Shown here: piece after piece, positions 24,688-39,125 of the stretch
Position numbering within the stretch: the stretch's first letter is position 1
Layout of the letters: each line of letters opens with the position of its first letter
Assembly: GCA_951406725.2 (NCBI GenBank)
Contig: OX597814.1
Span: 55,862,001 to 55,926,000, forward strand
Direction: 5' to 3'
DNA from: Octopus vulgaris
Taxonomy: Eukaryota
Length of the DNA stretch: 64,000 nt
Made by a program: the position numbers and the translations under genes
Notes under the pieces: model-generated
What the model saw: the letters and a program-made list of their open reading frames with translations, nothing else
Told to the model about the DNA's origin: nothing
Database searches by the model: none

Positions 24688-24696
24688 CAAAGTACA

Positions 24697-25022
24697 ATAT
24701 TGATAATAAGGAGAGTGAAGAATTTAAACGTTTAAACTTTATGTTTATTTCCAGTTAATTTTATTCATAATAATTGTCTGACACATGTTTTGATCACATT
24801 AACTGCATATTCTTGCATATTTATATGCAGTGATTTATGCATTATTACTTATATACCCTGAAAAGATTGTGCTAATAATACATAAATCGCTGCATATAGA
24901 TATGCAAACAATATGCAGTTAGTGTGATTGAAGCACGTGTCGGACAATTATTATGAATAAACTAACTGGAAGTAAACATAAAGTTTGAATGTTCAAATTC
25001 TTCACTCTCCTTTTATCAATAT
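24697..25022. repeat. ~325-bp foldback palindrome containing a hammerhead-like motif
   Basis: Arms 24697-24847 and 24873-25022 are reverse complements; 25-nt spacer contains CTGAAAA. Confidence 0.92.
24856..24943 (+). ncRNA. Decayed type I hammerhead-like motif with long stem II
   Basis: CC-CTGAAAA-GATTGTGCTAA...TTAGTGTGATT-GAAGC-ACGT-GTC-GG. The 11-bp stem II base pairs fully with G-U wobbles; core changes G8A and A15.1G. Confidence 0.6.
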
Positions 25023-25024
25023 CT

Positions 25025-25148
25025 AAAAAGAGAAAATAAGGATATACTACCTGATGTTACATGCTATCCCTCTGAAAACCTGTTGGTTGAAAGGTTTTCA
25101 GAGAGATAGCATGTAACATCAATTGGTATGTCCTTATTTTCTCTTTTT
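25025..25148. repeat. ~125-bp hairpin palindrome
   Basis: aaaaagagaaaataagga...ctgaaaacct / aggttttcag...tccttattttctcttttt with 10-nt loop. Confidence 0.92.
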
Positions 25149-25180
25149 CTCTTTTCTTTTCTTTTCTTTTTCTTTATTTT

Positions 25181-25302
25181 TCTGCTCTGATGAAGTTCCA
25201 CTAATTAAGTTGGTATAATTATTAACAGTGATAACTATTATTATTGTAATAATTAAGCCTGATTATGCCCAAAATAGCACAAACAGAAACAGTTGTTAGA
25301 TG
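25181..25302 (+). ncRNA. Type I hammerhead-like motif with ~90-nt AU-rich stem II
   Basis: CTGATGA (25187-93), internal hairpin taattattaacagtgataa/ttattattgtaataatta, GAAAC-AGTT-GTT (25286-97); stem I only 2 bp. Confidence 0.5.
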
Positions 25303-25382
25303 AGATATTGCCTTTTTCTGTAATCAATAAATAATAATTGATGTTTATCAGTTATCAGTTTTATTTCCATTTTCTTATTTTT

Positions 25383-25435
<53 letters not shown>

Positions 25436-26159
25436 AATTTCAGTCAAATTAATGCAAGTAGCTTTTTATTTTTTAAGTCTGGCACTTATTCTATCAATCT
25501 CTTTTGTTGAACTGCCTAGTTATGGGGACGTAAACACAGCAACATCAGTTGTCAAGCAATGGTAGTGGGGACAAACATGGACAGAAAGATACACACACAG
25601 ATAAATATATACATGTAAATATAATATGACAGGCTTCTTTCAGTTTCTGTCTACCAAATCCACTCACAAGTGGCATTGAATCTGGAACCATGTGATTGAG
25701 GTGTGTATGCATACAAATATGCACATACATACATATATAAATACATGCATACATACTTACCTACCAACCTACGTACCTACATACAAAAATACATACATAC
25801 ATACATACATACATACATACATACATACATACATACATACATACTTACATATCTAGCTGGCATTAGGAAAGACATTCAGGCATTGAAACCATACAGAGCA
25901 GACAGTAGAACTTGGTACAGTCCTCTGGTTTGTCAGCTCCTGTCAAACTACTCAACATATGGCAGCATGGAAAATAGATATTAAATAATTATGATTATGG
26001 TGATGAAGATGATGATGATGATGATGATGATGATATATAAGTGTCTTCAACTATAATCCCGAGCCATAGTGGAAGACAACACTTGCTCAAAGGGCCACAC
26101 AGGGGACTGAACCGCAAATCATGTCCCTGGAAAGCAAACTTCTTAATCACACGGTCATG

Positions 26160-26160
<1 letters not shown>

Positions 26161-26226
<66 letters not shown>

Positions 26227-26263
26227 TTCTCTCTATCTTTCTCTCTCTCTCTTTCTCTCCCCC

Positions 26264-26318
<55 letters not shown>

Positions 26319-26331
26319 TGTATGTATGTAT
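26161..26331. repeat. Compound (CT)n/(TA)n/(TATG)n microsatellite
   Basis: Direct reading. Confidence 0.97.
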
Positions 26332-28264
26332 ACTCACACTCACACATATTTTATTATATATATTATATATTTATACCCATTATACACTTGAACATATACA
26401 ACATTATGAAATTGAGTAAATCAAAATGTCTATAGCCATAAATTTCCACAATAAAGCTTACTATATTATGAAATTGACTTTTTTCTAATAATGATAAATC
26501 ATAGGGTACTTTACAAGTATATATTTTTTTTACAGAACTGCAAATATTTTTCCTATAATAACTTATGACTAAAATTATATTGCTCTGCATAGCTTTTTTT
26601 TATTATGATACCTCTGGGCTGTTTAATTTTTTCAAAAGTTCTTCTATACTATGTATGTATATGAAAAGTGGAAACATGATATAATTGAATGGATTGCTGG
26701 AGGATCAGCAATATTGAGATTGAATTATATTGTAGGCTTATAACACAGAAAACATAAATAAAATTCAATTATATGCATATTACATACATATTACAATTTT
26801 ACATAAATAGCATGAAATGGGGAAAAAAATCTATATAAATCATGCATGTATGTAAAAACAACCTTCCCATATTTCTTTGTGTTTTACTCTCTCTCTCTCT
26901 CTTTTCCTCTCACTCATTTTCCCTCTTTATACATATGTATGCACATACATATGTGTATATACACATGTGTATATACACATGTGCATGTACACACACACAC
27001 ATATATATACATATGTACATGTAATTTTGCATTCATATATCTATACACACATACACACAGATTCATGCAAGCATGCACAGAAATACATGTTTATATGTGT
27101 TTGTGTGTGTGTGTGCACACGTGTACATGTGTGTGTATGCATGCATGAGTGCATGTGTGTGTGTTATTTGGTTCCCTGTACATATTTCCAACAAATGTTG
27201 GTACCTTGTTGAAATCAATATTTTCATAAGATAGGAATTGGAACACCTGAGGTGCTTTTGGCAACCAGCTGGTAAGAGTTAAAATTTCACTTATCTGAAT
27301 TCAATATTTCTCATGCAACATAATTATTGTAGGATTCATGACATTTAGATTCTATAACCAATACTTAAGGAGATACCAGTGAAGAAGTTGTTGGCCTGGG
27401 GTATCTTTGACTGAGGAGACACAATAATGTCAAAACACCAGTGTCCCAATGTCCCCTAACTCCAATGACTCAAGTGTGTTATGAATGCACATTTGTCTGA
27501 AGAGAGAAGTTGTTCTCCAGTGATGAAATATGATAGTTATTAGCATATTCACATTTCTGCTGGAATGTATTAAGAATGATTATGTACATCATTTTAATTC
27601 TCAGTGTAATGACGATTTATTAATTTCAGTGATAAATATTTGAACATATGACACCTCAATATGGAATTTTTAGTGTCTAATTGTGTAATTGTGAAGAAAA
27701 TTTAATCAATACCAAGAGAAATTTGATCAAGAAATATTATGAGAGATATTTAACAATTCATGTATCTATCAGTAAAGCTATATTGGGTTCATATTCATAT
27801 GCATACACACACACACATGCACATAAAGTATGAATATTCTATATCTAGGTTTCCAAGTTGCCAAATTCCAATAACTAGACAAGTACTATTCATTTGCTCT
27901 GACCTCTATGTCTCTTTTTATATATTTTTAGGTGTAATCAGAATTAGGAAGATACTAACATAAGAATGTAGTGTCTGAAAATTATTTAAATAAATTATAC
28001 AATCAAATGGAAGAACAGAGGAAATTCAGAAATATCTATAAAATTTTTTTATAATTTGTCTGCTATTTGAATTTATGTTTGTTTAGCTACTTTAACTAGC
28101 TAAATAAAACTTAGATTAAATATTTATATAAAGTTCACAATATTGTATAATGTTTCTGCAAGGAAATTTTTCTCCTAACTTTAAGAATTGAAAACCTCAA
28201 GTGCTGAAATGATAACTATTAAACAGAGGTTGTGTATCTATTGTTTAATAGATATATCTTATCT

Positions 28265-28478
28265 AAGGCAGTGAGCTGGCAGAAACGATAGCACACCAGG
28301 TGAAATGCTTAGCAGTATTTCGTCTGTCTTTACATTCTGAGTTCAAATTCCACCGAGGTTGACTTTGCCTTTCATCCTTTCAGGGTCGATAAATCAAGTA
28401 CCAGTTGGGGTCGATCTAATCAATTAGCCCCCTTCCCTAAAATTTCCTGTCTTGTGCCAAGAGTAGAAAAGAAGAGAA
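28265..28478 (+). mobile_element. SINE family B, full length with TSD
   Basis: aaggcagtgagctggcagaa...gactttgcctttcatcctttcagggtcgataaa; 11-bp TSD atatcttatct (28254-64, 28479-89). Confidence 0.9.
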
Positions 28479-29610
28479 ATATCTTATCTGTAAAAATAAT
28501 AGTGAACCAGATTTGATACTTTACTGCAATTTAGTTTAGTACTAGTTACTATGTTCACATTTTACTTTGGTCAGTTTTGCCTGAACTTCTTCTGGTGTCA
28601 ATAAAGTAAACATAAGTAACATACTAAATTGATTCATTCCTATAAAATATCAGTCTTCAGAAATTTATGGTTTTCTTGTGGTGTACAATTTTTTTCTTTT
28701 TTTCATTTTTTCTTTTGTTCAATATATTTGGTATCCTAAAGATTGCTTGTCAAAGCATTCAAATACATAAAATTAGTTTATCTTGCAAGTTACATGTTTT
28801 TTTTTTCTGTATTGATAGTTTTTTGATTTAATTATTCTTTAAATATCAAGATGTTGATTGACTGAAACAAGACACAAAAATAATATCAAATATTCTGATT
28901 TAAACATCAGAAACCACAGAATATTGGAAGTTTGATATTCAGTGTTTTGTAACAAACAAGAGTTGTACTAAAATATTATTTCAATCAAGACATCTTACTT
29001 CTAAATTTTCAATTTAATTCTTCTGTTTAGTAAGTAATCTACTAGGTTATATGAGGCATACTTCGATAGATTGTACTCACTGTTGGATTTTTACAAAAAC
29101 TGGAAACCCTTTGTTAAAATATGACATAAGAAGGTCTCACAAAAATTGAAAATATCGAAATAAGTCTTTTTTTTATTTTAAGGCCCTTTGATTGTGAAGC
29201 CCTAATGTGTTGTTTGCTAAGCTTATGACTAAATTAGTCACTGGACATAATGGGTCAGTAATCCAAAGAGTCATCCTGAAGAGTCTTATGGCTTAGTTTT
29301 CAGATAGAAAAATCTAATGTATGTTAGCCTGGTTGAACCAGTTTTATTACAAGAAACACTTATAAGTGTGTTTTGTGACTCCTTGTCTTGACATTTTATA
29401 ATAATTGCAAACGTGAATCACAGATGTGCAAGTGGTGTCCTTTGTTTCCATTCTTCTATGTAAACATGTCTGGTCATAAGAATATATTACCTTACATGGG
29501 AAACAGGCAAGGGTTGGCAACAGGAAGGGTATCCAAGGTTAAAAAAATCTAACTCAGTGAATTCTGTCTGACCCATATGAGCAAGGAAAAGAGGAAATTA
29601 TGATGAAAAT

Positions 29611-29646
<36 letters not shown>

Positions 29647-30418
29647 CGCGCGTGTGCACATGTATGTGAGTGCATGTGTGTATAATATTGATATTCTACA
29701 GCTTGGCTTATTGCTGCCTGAGTGAAATGGTGATACGATGTTTACATTCTGTTGACATTATGGTTAGTTGCTTTCAAATTTTGAAATAAATTCCTTAGTT
29801 GAAAAAAGCAGATAAGGATTAATGACAAGAACATCTGGGTATAAAACACTATTTCGAATAAGTCACCACTAGCTTTTTCTATGCTATATAAAAGAAAACA
29901 TCAAAAAGCAACCAAAGATTCAATAGTTACGGTCTTTTACAAAATTATATATAATGCAAAGGAATTGGGATTTAAATCAGGGTAGATACATTATGGTTAA
30001 TGGCATCAAATGGTAAGAAACATTTAGAATCGGTTAGAATAACCAATTAAACTGCATATCCTATGATTAGTAAATTCTGAGTTCACTCCAATGGATTTCA
30101 TGTAGAATACAGGGTATACTATCAAAAATCCTATAAAGCTAAACGTAAACTATTTCCCATATGGATGGGTGAAGTGAATTCACCTGTATGAGAAACACCT
30201 TGAATAAAGCTGTATAGGATTATCAACTTTTAAATTTAAACATGCACCACAATTGATTTAATATAAATCAAGTAATTACACAAAACTATTATATCAAAGG
30301 ACCTCAATGCACTTATTCAGCACAGCAGAAACACATGTTGGAATGTAATATGAAGAAAATGCTTACTAATGAATAAATTTTGAAGATTTATAACTCTCCA
30401 TTCATCATTATTATGTTG

Positions 30419-30617
<199 letters not shown>

Positions 30618-31932
30618 GAGTATATATTTACCTTGTCAACAATTAACACGGAAAAAATAGATAAATAGTTACCAGGGTAGCAAAAATTGCATTGTTTATA
30701 CCATTTATTCTTTTGAAAAGTATAAGTGGAATTTTCGAAACATGTGTCGAAAGTAAAAATATTTGATTACACCTGCGTTAAACTCCATTTATTTATTCAT
30801 ATATATATTTATATATATATATATATATATACACATATATATATATACATATACATATACATATATCATCATCATCACCATCATCATTATATAATGTCCA
30901 CTTTCCCTGCTAGCATGGGTTGGACGATTTGACAGGAGTTGGCAAGCCAGTAGACTGTCAAACCATACAGTCCACTTTGGTATACTTTCTGCAGCTGGAT
31001 GCCCTTTCTAATACCAACGATTTTACAGAGTGCACTGGATGCTTGTTACATGGTACCAGCACCAAGTAACTTGCAAGAGTCACCAACTAACTTGCAAGAC
31101 AAGACCCCCTCAACTGAGGGGTGTAATATTGAGTGGGTAGCTTTGTGCAAGGTAACAAGAGGTTAGAGTATAATAAAAGGACAAAACAGGTGTCTTGCAG
31201 CTGAGATTTGTCTACATTAGTTGCAAAAAGAGAGAGGAGAAGAAGGAAAGAGGAAAAAGAGAGAGGATGATGAAGGAGATGTCTGAGTATACTTTGAAGT
31301 TAGGAGAAGAATAGAATTCAAGGGCCAAATTGAAGAAGTGATTAAAGAAAATGCTTGCTCTTTATACAGGGTTGAAGCATACACATATGGAAAATGCATG
31401 AATTTTGCTTCGTTGGTTTATATAAGATCAATGGCTTATATAAAGCAAGAATTTAACATTCTTTTTTAAATCTCTAAGACTAAACATGGGAATACATCAA
31501 CTGTTTTTTTTCTTTTGCTTCCAGTTATAAAAAGATTTATCATTGAGAGTTGAATATATCACTTTTTCACTTAAATTTAGCATATTTAGTAGATATTGTA
31601 AGGGAGGTGGTCAACATTTTCAGCCAACCATGATTGAATCATTGCCAAAATGTAATTTATCTTTCAAAACCTTATCTTTCTTTGTTGCGTCAAGTTCTAT
31701 AGTCGCATCTTATTGATTAAATGTTTTGATATGCGAATTCAGTATTGGGTTAATAGTCATAAATTAAGATAGATTATTAATATTTGGTGTGTATTGATTA
31801 TATTTATACATAGTGTGAATCAAGGTATTTTATGTTCTGGCTTTATATTTTAGTCTATAAGAAAACTCAATACCACTGAAAATTTTGGCTAAGTATTAAT
31901 TTTCATCACCGTTGTTGTCATGATTATTGGTG

Positions 31933-31969
<37 letters not shown>

Positions 31970-32122
31970 TATCATCATCATCATCATCTCTGCCCACCCT
32001 TACTGCCATTACCATTATTGTTATTGCCATTATCCACAAGCCATTGAGGGAATCTTTGCATGGCCACTCAACCTGTCTGAAATGGTAACTAAATCTTCCT
32101 CCTACCACAATGCTATCTTGAC

Positions 32123-32165
<43 letters not shown>

Positions 32166-33094
32166 GATATTCCTTGCTGAGAAAGTTTTGATCATAGGTC
32201 TCCTCAATCAGAGTAGACTTGGTCTAAACAACATCAGCAGCAGGACACCACCACCACCAACAACAACAACAGCAACATCATTATTGTGATTGTACCATCA
32301 GAGATACTACTGTTAGTCTTTAATTCTTTTTTCCTTCTGCTTAACATACTTATTGTGTACCTTTCTTCTACTCTTCTGTGATGTATAAACCTTCAAGGAC
32401 CAATTTAACTCCAGTTAACTTATGACTGTATCCATGGCAACAGCATTTAATTCATATTGACACAGTTCACCCCATTAATAATAGATTGTTTTTAGTTGTT
32501 TAGCTCTGATCAGTCAGACCCATGATCAAAAGGCATTCCAGCTGTTACCATTTCACCATCTTTACTTTGCAGATATAATGTAACTAGGATCACATTGTCT
32601 AATGTGTTCTTTATTTTTAAGATTGCAGGATAAAACTTGAAGAAAATCTGGCTGCTATTTCTTGTAGGCCAAGAGACAATGAGGAGACTATCTCTCAAAG
32701 GTTCAATGGATGGTAAGCCAAATTACAAGGTGCAAATCACAAATGTGTTACTCCAGATTTACCATATCTCAATCAAGTGGAATATCACACTGAGGTTTTT
32801 GACATGCATCATATGGGATGCAGTAGTTGTTGGGGCTTAATGCTTTTTGTTTACATCATACTATCCTGTGTGTTCCTGTATGTCTGTTGTTGTTGCTGCT
32901 CTTTAGCCCAAAGTCAGGCCTAATTGAATAAACCTATGATCAGAGACATGTCTGTCATAATCATCTTATCTTTTTCCTTTTCTTGATTAGGATAGCTAAC
33001 ACGACATCATTATCTAATGAGACCTTCCTTCTTTCCTTCTTTTCTTATGATAACAGGGTGTGATATAGAGGAGATTTGGTTGCTATTTCTTACA

Positions 33095-33350
33095 TGCTTA
33101 GCAGCAGTAAAGAAGCTCCCACATTGGCTTGACTTGAATATCTGTAGGTTCTGGTAGTGAGTACAGCAAAGGCTGATGTGGTGGACTTGGTATTGATCAT
33201 AGATATTGCTGACAAAGACTTAGTACTAATGATAAGAAAGTAGAATGGAAAACCTAATAGATGCTTCATTAGTTCAAACTCTTCCATAATCTTAGAGAAT
33301 ACAGCAAAGACCAGTTGATGCATTGTTCTTCTACATAACATGAAGTCACC
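33095..33350 (-). mobile_element. RTE-clade RT fragment
   Basis: Minus strand contains WELLY and decayed upstream RT motifs; same family as 41425-41640. Confidence 0.45.
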
Positions 33351-34399
33351 TGTGATTCATCAATATTATGATGGCTGGAAGCATATTACCTATTCATAAC
33401 ATATAACCACTAATTTATGTTTAATTTCTTGTAGTTTCATTTTCTTGTTGTCAAGGTAAATGTTTAATTGTTTGACAGACACCAGACTTTTTGGAATATT
33501 TCCTTATTTAATTGTGATTTCTTCTTATTAAATAGCTTTGCAAGTTCTGGAAACACATGGCTAGGCATTTAAATAAGTGAAACTAGACAAGCTGTCCATT
33601 TTCATTTTTGTAATTGTATCTCAATAATAGAAAAAACACTTTATAATACATTACTGTAAAATGCAATATATGTCAAATAAAAAACATTTGATGTCATTAG
33701 TATTACTTTAACACAAAGTTTGATTCCTAGAAATTAAATCTTTCTTTTACTACAATCAATTATTTAGCTTCATAAAGAGAACCCTTTTTCTTGAAATTGA
33801 TATTTCATTCATATTCCTTTTATGTAGAGACGAGGTTACCAACTCACAAGTACAAAATTTGAAACTGCTATGAGATTGTACTTTAAATATAGTTCACTGA
33901 CCTCCTAAACTCTATTATTACTTCTACTTTAGAAATGAATAGTTGAGACTGTGTGTAATACATTGGGATATTTAACTCTTTAACAACAAAATTAAATTTC
34001 AAGGCCATTTCAGTAATGATGTTAAATATCTCCCCAAACTAGAATTGGTATTTTCTAATAACTTATGTTGCCTCAGTAAATTTGACATATCTAGAATAAA
34101 AAAAGAAAAAACGAGTTTGAAAAATGATATTCCTTAACAAAAAATAGATGAGTATATAAAACTGCTTTCTGCTGTTAAGGGTAATGAGATTTTGAGTCAA
34201 TATATCTGACTACCACAGTAAAATGGTTAATGCAAATACTTATATCTATAGAATAATCCAATTCTATGCAAAAATAAATTAAAAAATTGCTTGACAGACT
34301 ATGTCCTTGTGTAGTCCATTTTGGTGGTAATACTGTAGCTAATACTTCATGTCATTTTGTCAATTTCCCTATTGATGATTCTTCTGTTAGTTCTATCCT

Positions 34400-35620
34400 A
34401 TATCACTGATAAAGCACATTATGATAAAAACTGTGGCTTAAAGACTATCTCTCATCTTCAGATTAGAACATACTTCAGCTTTGAGCAGCTGCTGATTTTA
34501 CAAAGCTTCAGTGACATGCATTCTCTGCTCCCAGTTCCTACATCTAGGTTGGTGTTGCTGCTACGTATTCAAACATATTCTAGACTGCATCCAAACGACA
34601 GTCATCTATTGATTGTCAGACTCACTGGCCAATATACTTAAGTTCTAGCTAGTAAATATGTCTCCTCACTCTTCTGTCTTTTCTTTTTACAATGGCTTCT
34701 GCTTAGAACTAGCTAGTTACTTTCTGACTTCGTCCAAACTCACCTAACACACTTCTCTCTCTTTTTCACATCACCAAGCTTAATCAGTTTCTCCAGAACA
34801 TCAACCCTCTGGAATTCTCTTCTTGCCTAAATTTTTCCAGCAGTCATTTACTTGCTGCTGTTCATTCTGAACATCAGTCACACAAGCTGGAACTCTCCTG
34901 CCCACTATTTTACAGTTGATTCTATGGGTTCTTTGTCAAATGTATCTCTGCTAACTTCATGCAATCTTACTACCCTCTATTTCTCAATAATGATGACTCA
35001 ATAAGCATTAATTCCAAAGAGAAAGTCTCTATGTTTGTTGTCAGTTTTGCACCCAGCTGCTCCCACTAAAACCCCTCCAATATCCATTCTCTCAGTATCC
35101 TCAGTCACTTCAAAATAAAATGTCCTGTGACCTTGTAGTGTTCCTTTTATCACTCTTAAACAATGCATTGCTGAGCTAACATCTATTCGCCCTAAACTCT
35201 TCAGTATTTATCTCTGTCAGCATCTACCTTGATCTTTAGAAACATGTAATAGTGTAACTTCTTCTTCTGAAGAGCAACTCTACTGACCTGTTCCTTTCAC
35301 ATCTAAAATTGAAGATGACAGAGACACTCATTAACAAGCACCTTCTCCAAAATCTTGAATCCTTTTTCCTCTTCAATTACAATAAAAGTATTGTATCCTA
35401 TAAAGCCATATCTATTTGAGTCCTATTTTCTTGTGTCATTTACTATTGTTCCTTTGCTCTTGAGAAATTTGGTGAAAATATTATTATTGTTCTTGCTATC
35501 AGCAAAGCATTTGATCATATCTGGCACAAAAATCTCTAACAGTTTGCTCTAGTCAACTACCTTACCCAGTCCTTCTTCCTTCTAGAATTCCCTCTCTTTC
35601 CAGGTTTTTCTTGTAGTCGT
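34400..35620 (+). mobile_element. CR1/L2-like LINE fragments
   Basis: RTSTLWNSL at ~34795-34825 (3' end motif); ITLKQCIAEL...KLF at ~35150; ISKAFDHIWH at ~35498-35528. Confidence 0.6.
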
Positions 35621-36400
35621 CAACTTGTAGGGGTTTAAGAAAAGCATCACTGCGTCAACTTCACCTGTCTTGAGGGTCTATGGACAGCAAGAATACAGCT
35701 CCTTCCTCCAGAGCAAAGTCTGTCTCAGAAGACCAACAAAAGTCATGGGTGCATATTCCTTCCTTCTAACTGAACTGTAAAACAATATATATTGCAAGTT
35801 TGTTAGTGTAGAGAGTACTATAATGCCAAGAGTAATGTTTGAATGATTCTCTAGTAAGTTTTCTTCAATTGATTTGTGATTAGTTAACACTGTGAATCAG
35901 ATGAGCCCCAACTGGTAGAAACAAGTTAACTCAATGAATGATCAGAAGTTTACATTTTTTCTCTCATTGATTTTTTTTACCCAGAGTTCAGTAAATACAA
36001 TGATGCATATTTAGTTGGCTTAAAAGTGATGAGTTCAACTACTAACATTGGGGACTGTTTTTTTTTTTTTATTTTGTCTCAGAAGGAGATTAGGATGTCA
36101 GACTAGAAATATTGAAGCACTACAGATATCAATAACACGAGAGTGTTTGGTGGATGAAAAATGAGGCATAAGAAAATCAGCTTGCCTACACAACTACCAT
36201 TCATATTTAGATTTTTTTTCTTATTATTTTGGTGGGGAATGTTAAGATTAAGAAATAACTTTGCCAAATAAAATAAAATAAATAAATTATTATCAGTCTT
36301 CAGTATCTGAAATAGCTTTGGCTTTTAGTTCTGAAATTCTGACATATTGATGCTATTTGTTAAGTAGGTTGTATCAAAATACTTGTAATTGTGATATATA

Positions 36401-37671
36401 TTGGGTTGGCATGTAAGTTCCCACTGGTTTTTTTAATTTTGGAATTTATTGGTTTTTAAGTTTTGGAATCTATTTTTTTCGAGAATTCTATTTTTGAATC
36501 ATTTTGGAATCTATTTTGTTTTTTTTTTTCTAGTTAATTTTAGTTAATTTTTGTTTATTTTCAGATCATTAAAATGGAAAGTCAAGTTAAGAAAAACGAG
36601 CATTTTCGACACCTTTTTGCTTTTAATCAAAGTTCTAAGGCTGCAAAAGCTGCTCACAGCATTTGTGCTGTGTATGGAGAGGGTGCCATAGCTGAAAGAA
36701 CTGCTCATAATTGGTATGCTAAGTTCAAAAATGGAAATTTTGACCTCAAAGACGCACCTCATTCTGGCCGTCCAGTTGAGTTTGATGAAGAGCGATAAAC
36801 CAACTTTTGCACAAAAATTCTCATCAAACAACAAGGGAACTAGCAGAGAAAATGGAATGTTCCCACACTGCTATAGAGAAGCATCTTCACTCATAGTATG
36901 GAGCATGGGTTCCGTATGCTTTAAGTGACAACAACAAAAATCAATGAGTCACAATCTCCACTGGTTTGCTTGCCAGTCACCGCTTAACTCATGGACACAA
37001 GCAACAATTTCTTTGCTGTATCATTGCTGGTGATGAAAAATGGTGAATGTACATCAATATGAAGCAGTGTAAGGGATGGCTTAGTCCTAGTAAATAAGCG
37101 ACACCGCACATGAAACAAGATCTTCATCCGTGTAAAACGATGTGTGTATGGTGAGACTGGGAAGGGCTTATCCATTATGAATTGCTTGAATGGAACCAAA
37201 TGGTCAACGTGGAACTCTATGTTCAACAGATGGAATAACTCAACATGAGAAAAGACCTAATCGTTAGCATGGAGTTCTACTGCTGCATGACAATGTCCGC
37301 CCTCATATTACCAATATGACCAAGGAAGCCATTCAAATGCATGGCTGGGAAGTGCTGCCACACACGCTGTACTCTCCTGATTTGGCACCAATGGATTTCA
37401 ATCTCTTTCGGTCTCTTTCAAATGCTATGTGCTGAGTTTTGTTCAATACTGTTGCAGAATTGAGAGAATGGTTGGATCAATTTTTCGAGTCAAAATCATT
37501 TGATTTCTACCAACGAGGTATTGAAAACCTTGTTGAATGTTGGGAAGAAGTTGTAAACAACAAGGATGAATACATTATTGATTGTTATTTTTTATTAAAC
37601 ATTTTTAAAAGATTTAAATTTTTAAAAAATTTAAATTTAAAAAAACGGTAGGAACTTAGTTGCCAACCCAA
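36401..37671 (+). mobile_element. mariner DNA transposon (DD34D), full length, decayed
   Basis: TIRs TTGGGTTGGCATGTAAGTTCC / TTGGGTTGGCAACTAAGTTCC (rc); TA TSD at 36399-400 and 37672-3. Confidence 0.95.
36574..37585 (+). pseudogene. mariner transposase pseudogene, DD34D
   Basis: MESQVKKNEHFRH...SGRPVEFDE, WVPYAL, GDEKW, HDNVRPH...YSPDLAPMDF with 34 residues between D and D; multiple stops, frameshifts and small deletions. Confidence 0.93.
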
Positions 37672-38149
37672 TATCTTAGGCATACAGAGTTTGCAATTTA
37701 CTCTTGATTCCAGGTTGAAAGCATTTAATCTCACTTAGAAACACATGAAGTTTCTGCACTTGATAAATGCATTATAAAACTAAGGTCTGCCCTGGGGTTG
37801 CTGGAACTCTGAACAAGCTGAAATTCACTACAAGTATAATTTTTTAAAAATTTTTACAAGGAGGAGAAAAGTAACTGTAGAAATAAACATACAATGTGTA
37901 ACTCAAAGTGAACAGTTTGAACACAGAATCAAAGTTTCAAATTGTTTCATTAATATAACTGGGAGAGAGAGACAGTCCATATCTATATTGTCATTAATGA
38001 TCTTAACATACTTTTGTTACAAATACTGAGTGGATGAGTGAGTCAGAGGGATGCATTGATCACCAGTAGATCTATCAGATTTTTTCTAATAGGTTAAAAT
38101 TTATGAATAAAAAGAAAAACCAAAAATATTGTAAAACATAAATGATCTT

Positions 38150-38760
38150 AATTAAAAACTTTTCCTTAATTTAAGATCTACAAATGTTTTTGTAGAACTT
38201 TCTATTCCTATCTTTTTCAGAATATTATCTTCTACTGACAAATTGCCAAAGAATTTAATCTGTCTAATGTCATATCTTTTTGGGTTTTAGCTTACTAAAG
38301 CTTCTTTCTCCTATAGCCCCAGTTATAGGCATTGTAAGCATTATTTTTAATGCATCTCATGGATTTAACATGACATCTTGTATTTTACTACAGTTGAAGA
38401 ATTGAAAGCTTTACATCTCCAAAATTGAATTTTTTGCAATATCTAGTTCAGTCAAAGAATTACATTCATTAATATCCTTATTTTGTTGATACCTTAACTT
38501 ATCCTCCAACCCTTGACATGCTAATCTCAGTTTATTTTTGTTTCACAAGTTTTTATTTTCATTAAAAAATTTTCTTGTGCTATTGAAACTGAAATTCTTC
38601 AACCCACTCAGATAAAGAATTAATAGGATTACATTGAATGCATGATTTATTAAAATCTTCTTTTTAAGTTATTTCTGTTTGAAAAATTAATGAACTCATA
38701 TTCTCACTATCATTTTTCTTTTCAACATATATTTTTTACTTATAAGAATGGGTTCTATAT
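38150..38760 (-). pseudogene. hAT transposase C-terminal (dimerisation domain) remnant
   Basis: Minus strand reads ALKIMLTMPITGAIGERSFSKLK (38285-38353) then MTLDRLNSLAI..VE, the hATC signature; upstream part heavily decayed. Confidence 0.75.
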
Positions 38761-38934
38761 CTAATTTTGGAGCTAAGTTATTTCCTTTGCCAGTGCTTGT
38801 AGTGCTTGTTCATGTTTATTTGCAGCACAATCAATTAAGTAATAAGAGATACTACCCATTAATGACAATCCCACCTATGCATTAATTTACCTTTGACTCC
38901 CATGCTCACTTCTGGATTATTTCAAAATAAGCTT

Positions 38935-39125
38935 AGGGTGGTGAGGTGACAGAATTGTTAGCACACTTGACAGGATGCTTACCAGCATTTTATTTGTCTT
39001 TATGATCTAAGTTCAAATCACACTGAGGTCAACTTTTCTTTTCAATTCTTTCTGGATTGATAAAATAAGTTTCAGCTAGCCAACCCTCTCCTACAAAATT
39101 TCAGGCCTTATGTCTATAATAGAAA
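38935..39125 (+). mobile_element. SINE family B
   Basis: Family B head and core; candidate TSD attattt..aaataagctt. Confidence 0.75.

Noticed and set aside
27498-27535. CTGAAGA followed by a GAGAA/TTCTC hairpin
   Set aside because: No GAAA after the stem and no helix III or UH; chance match (likewise CTGAAGA near 29277).
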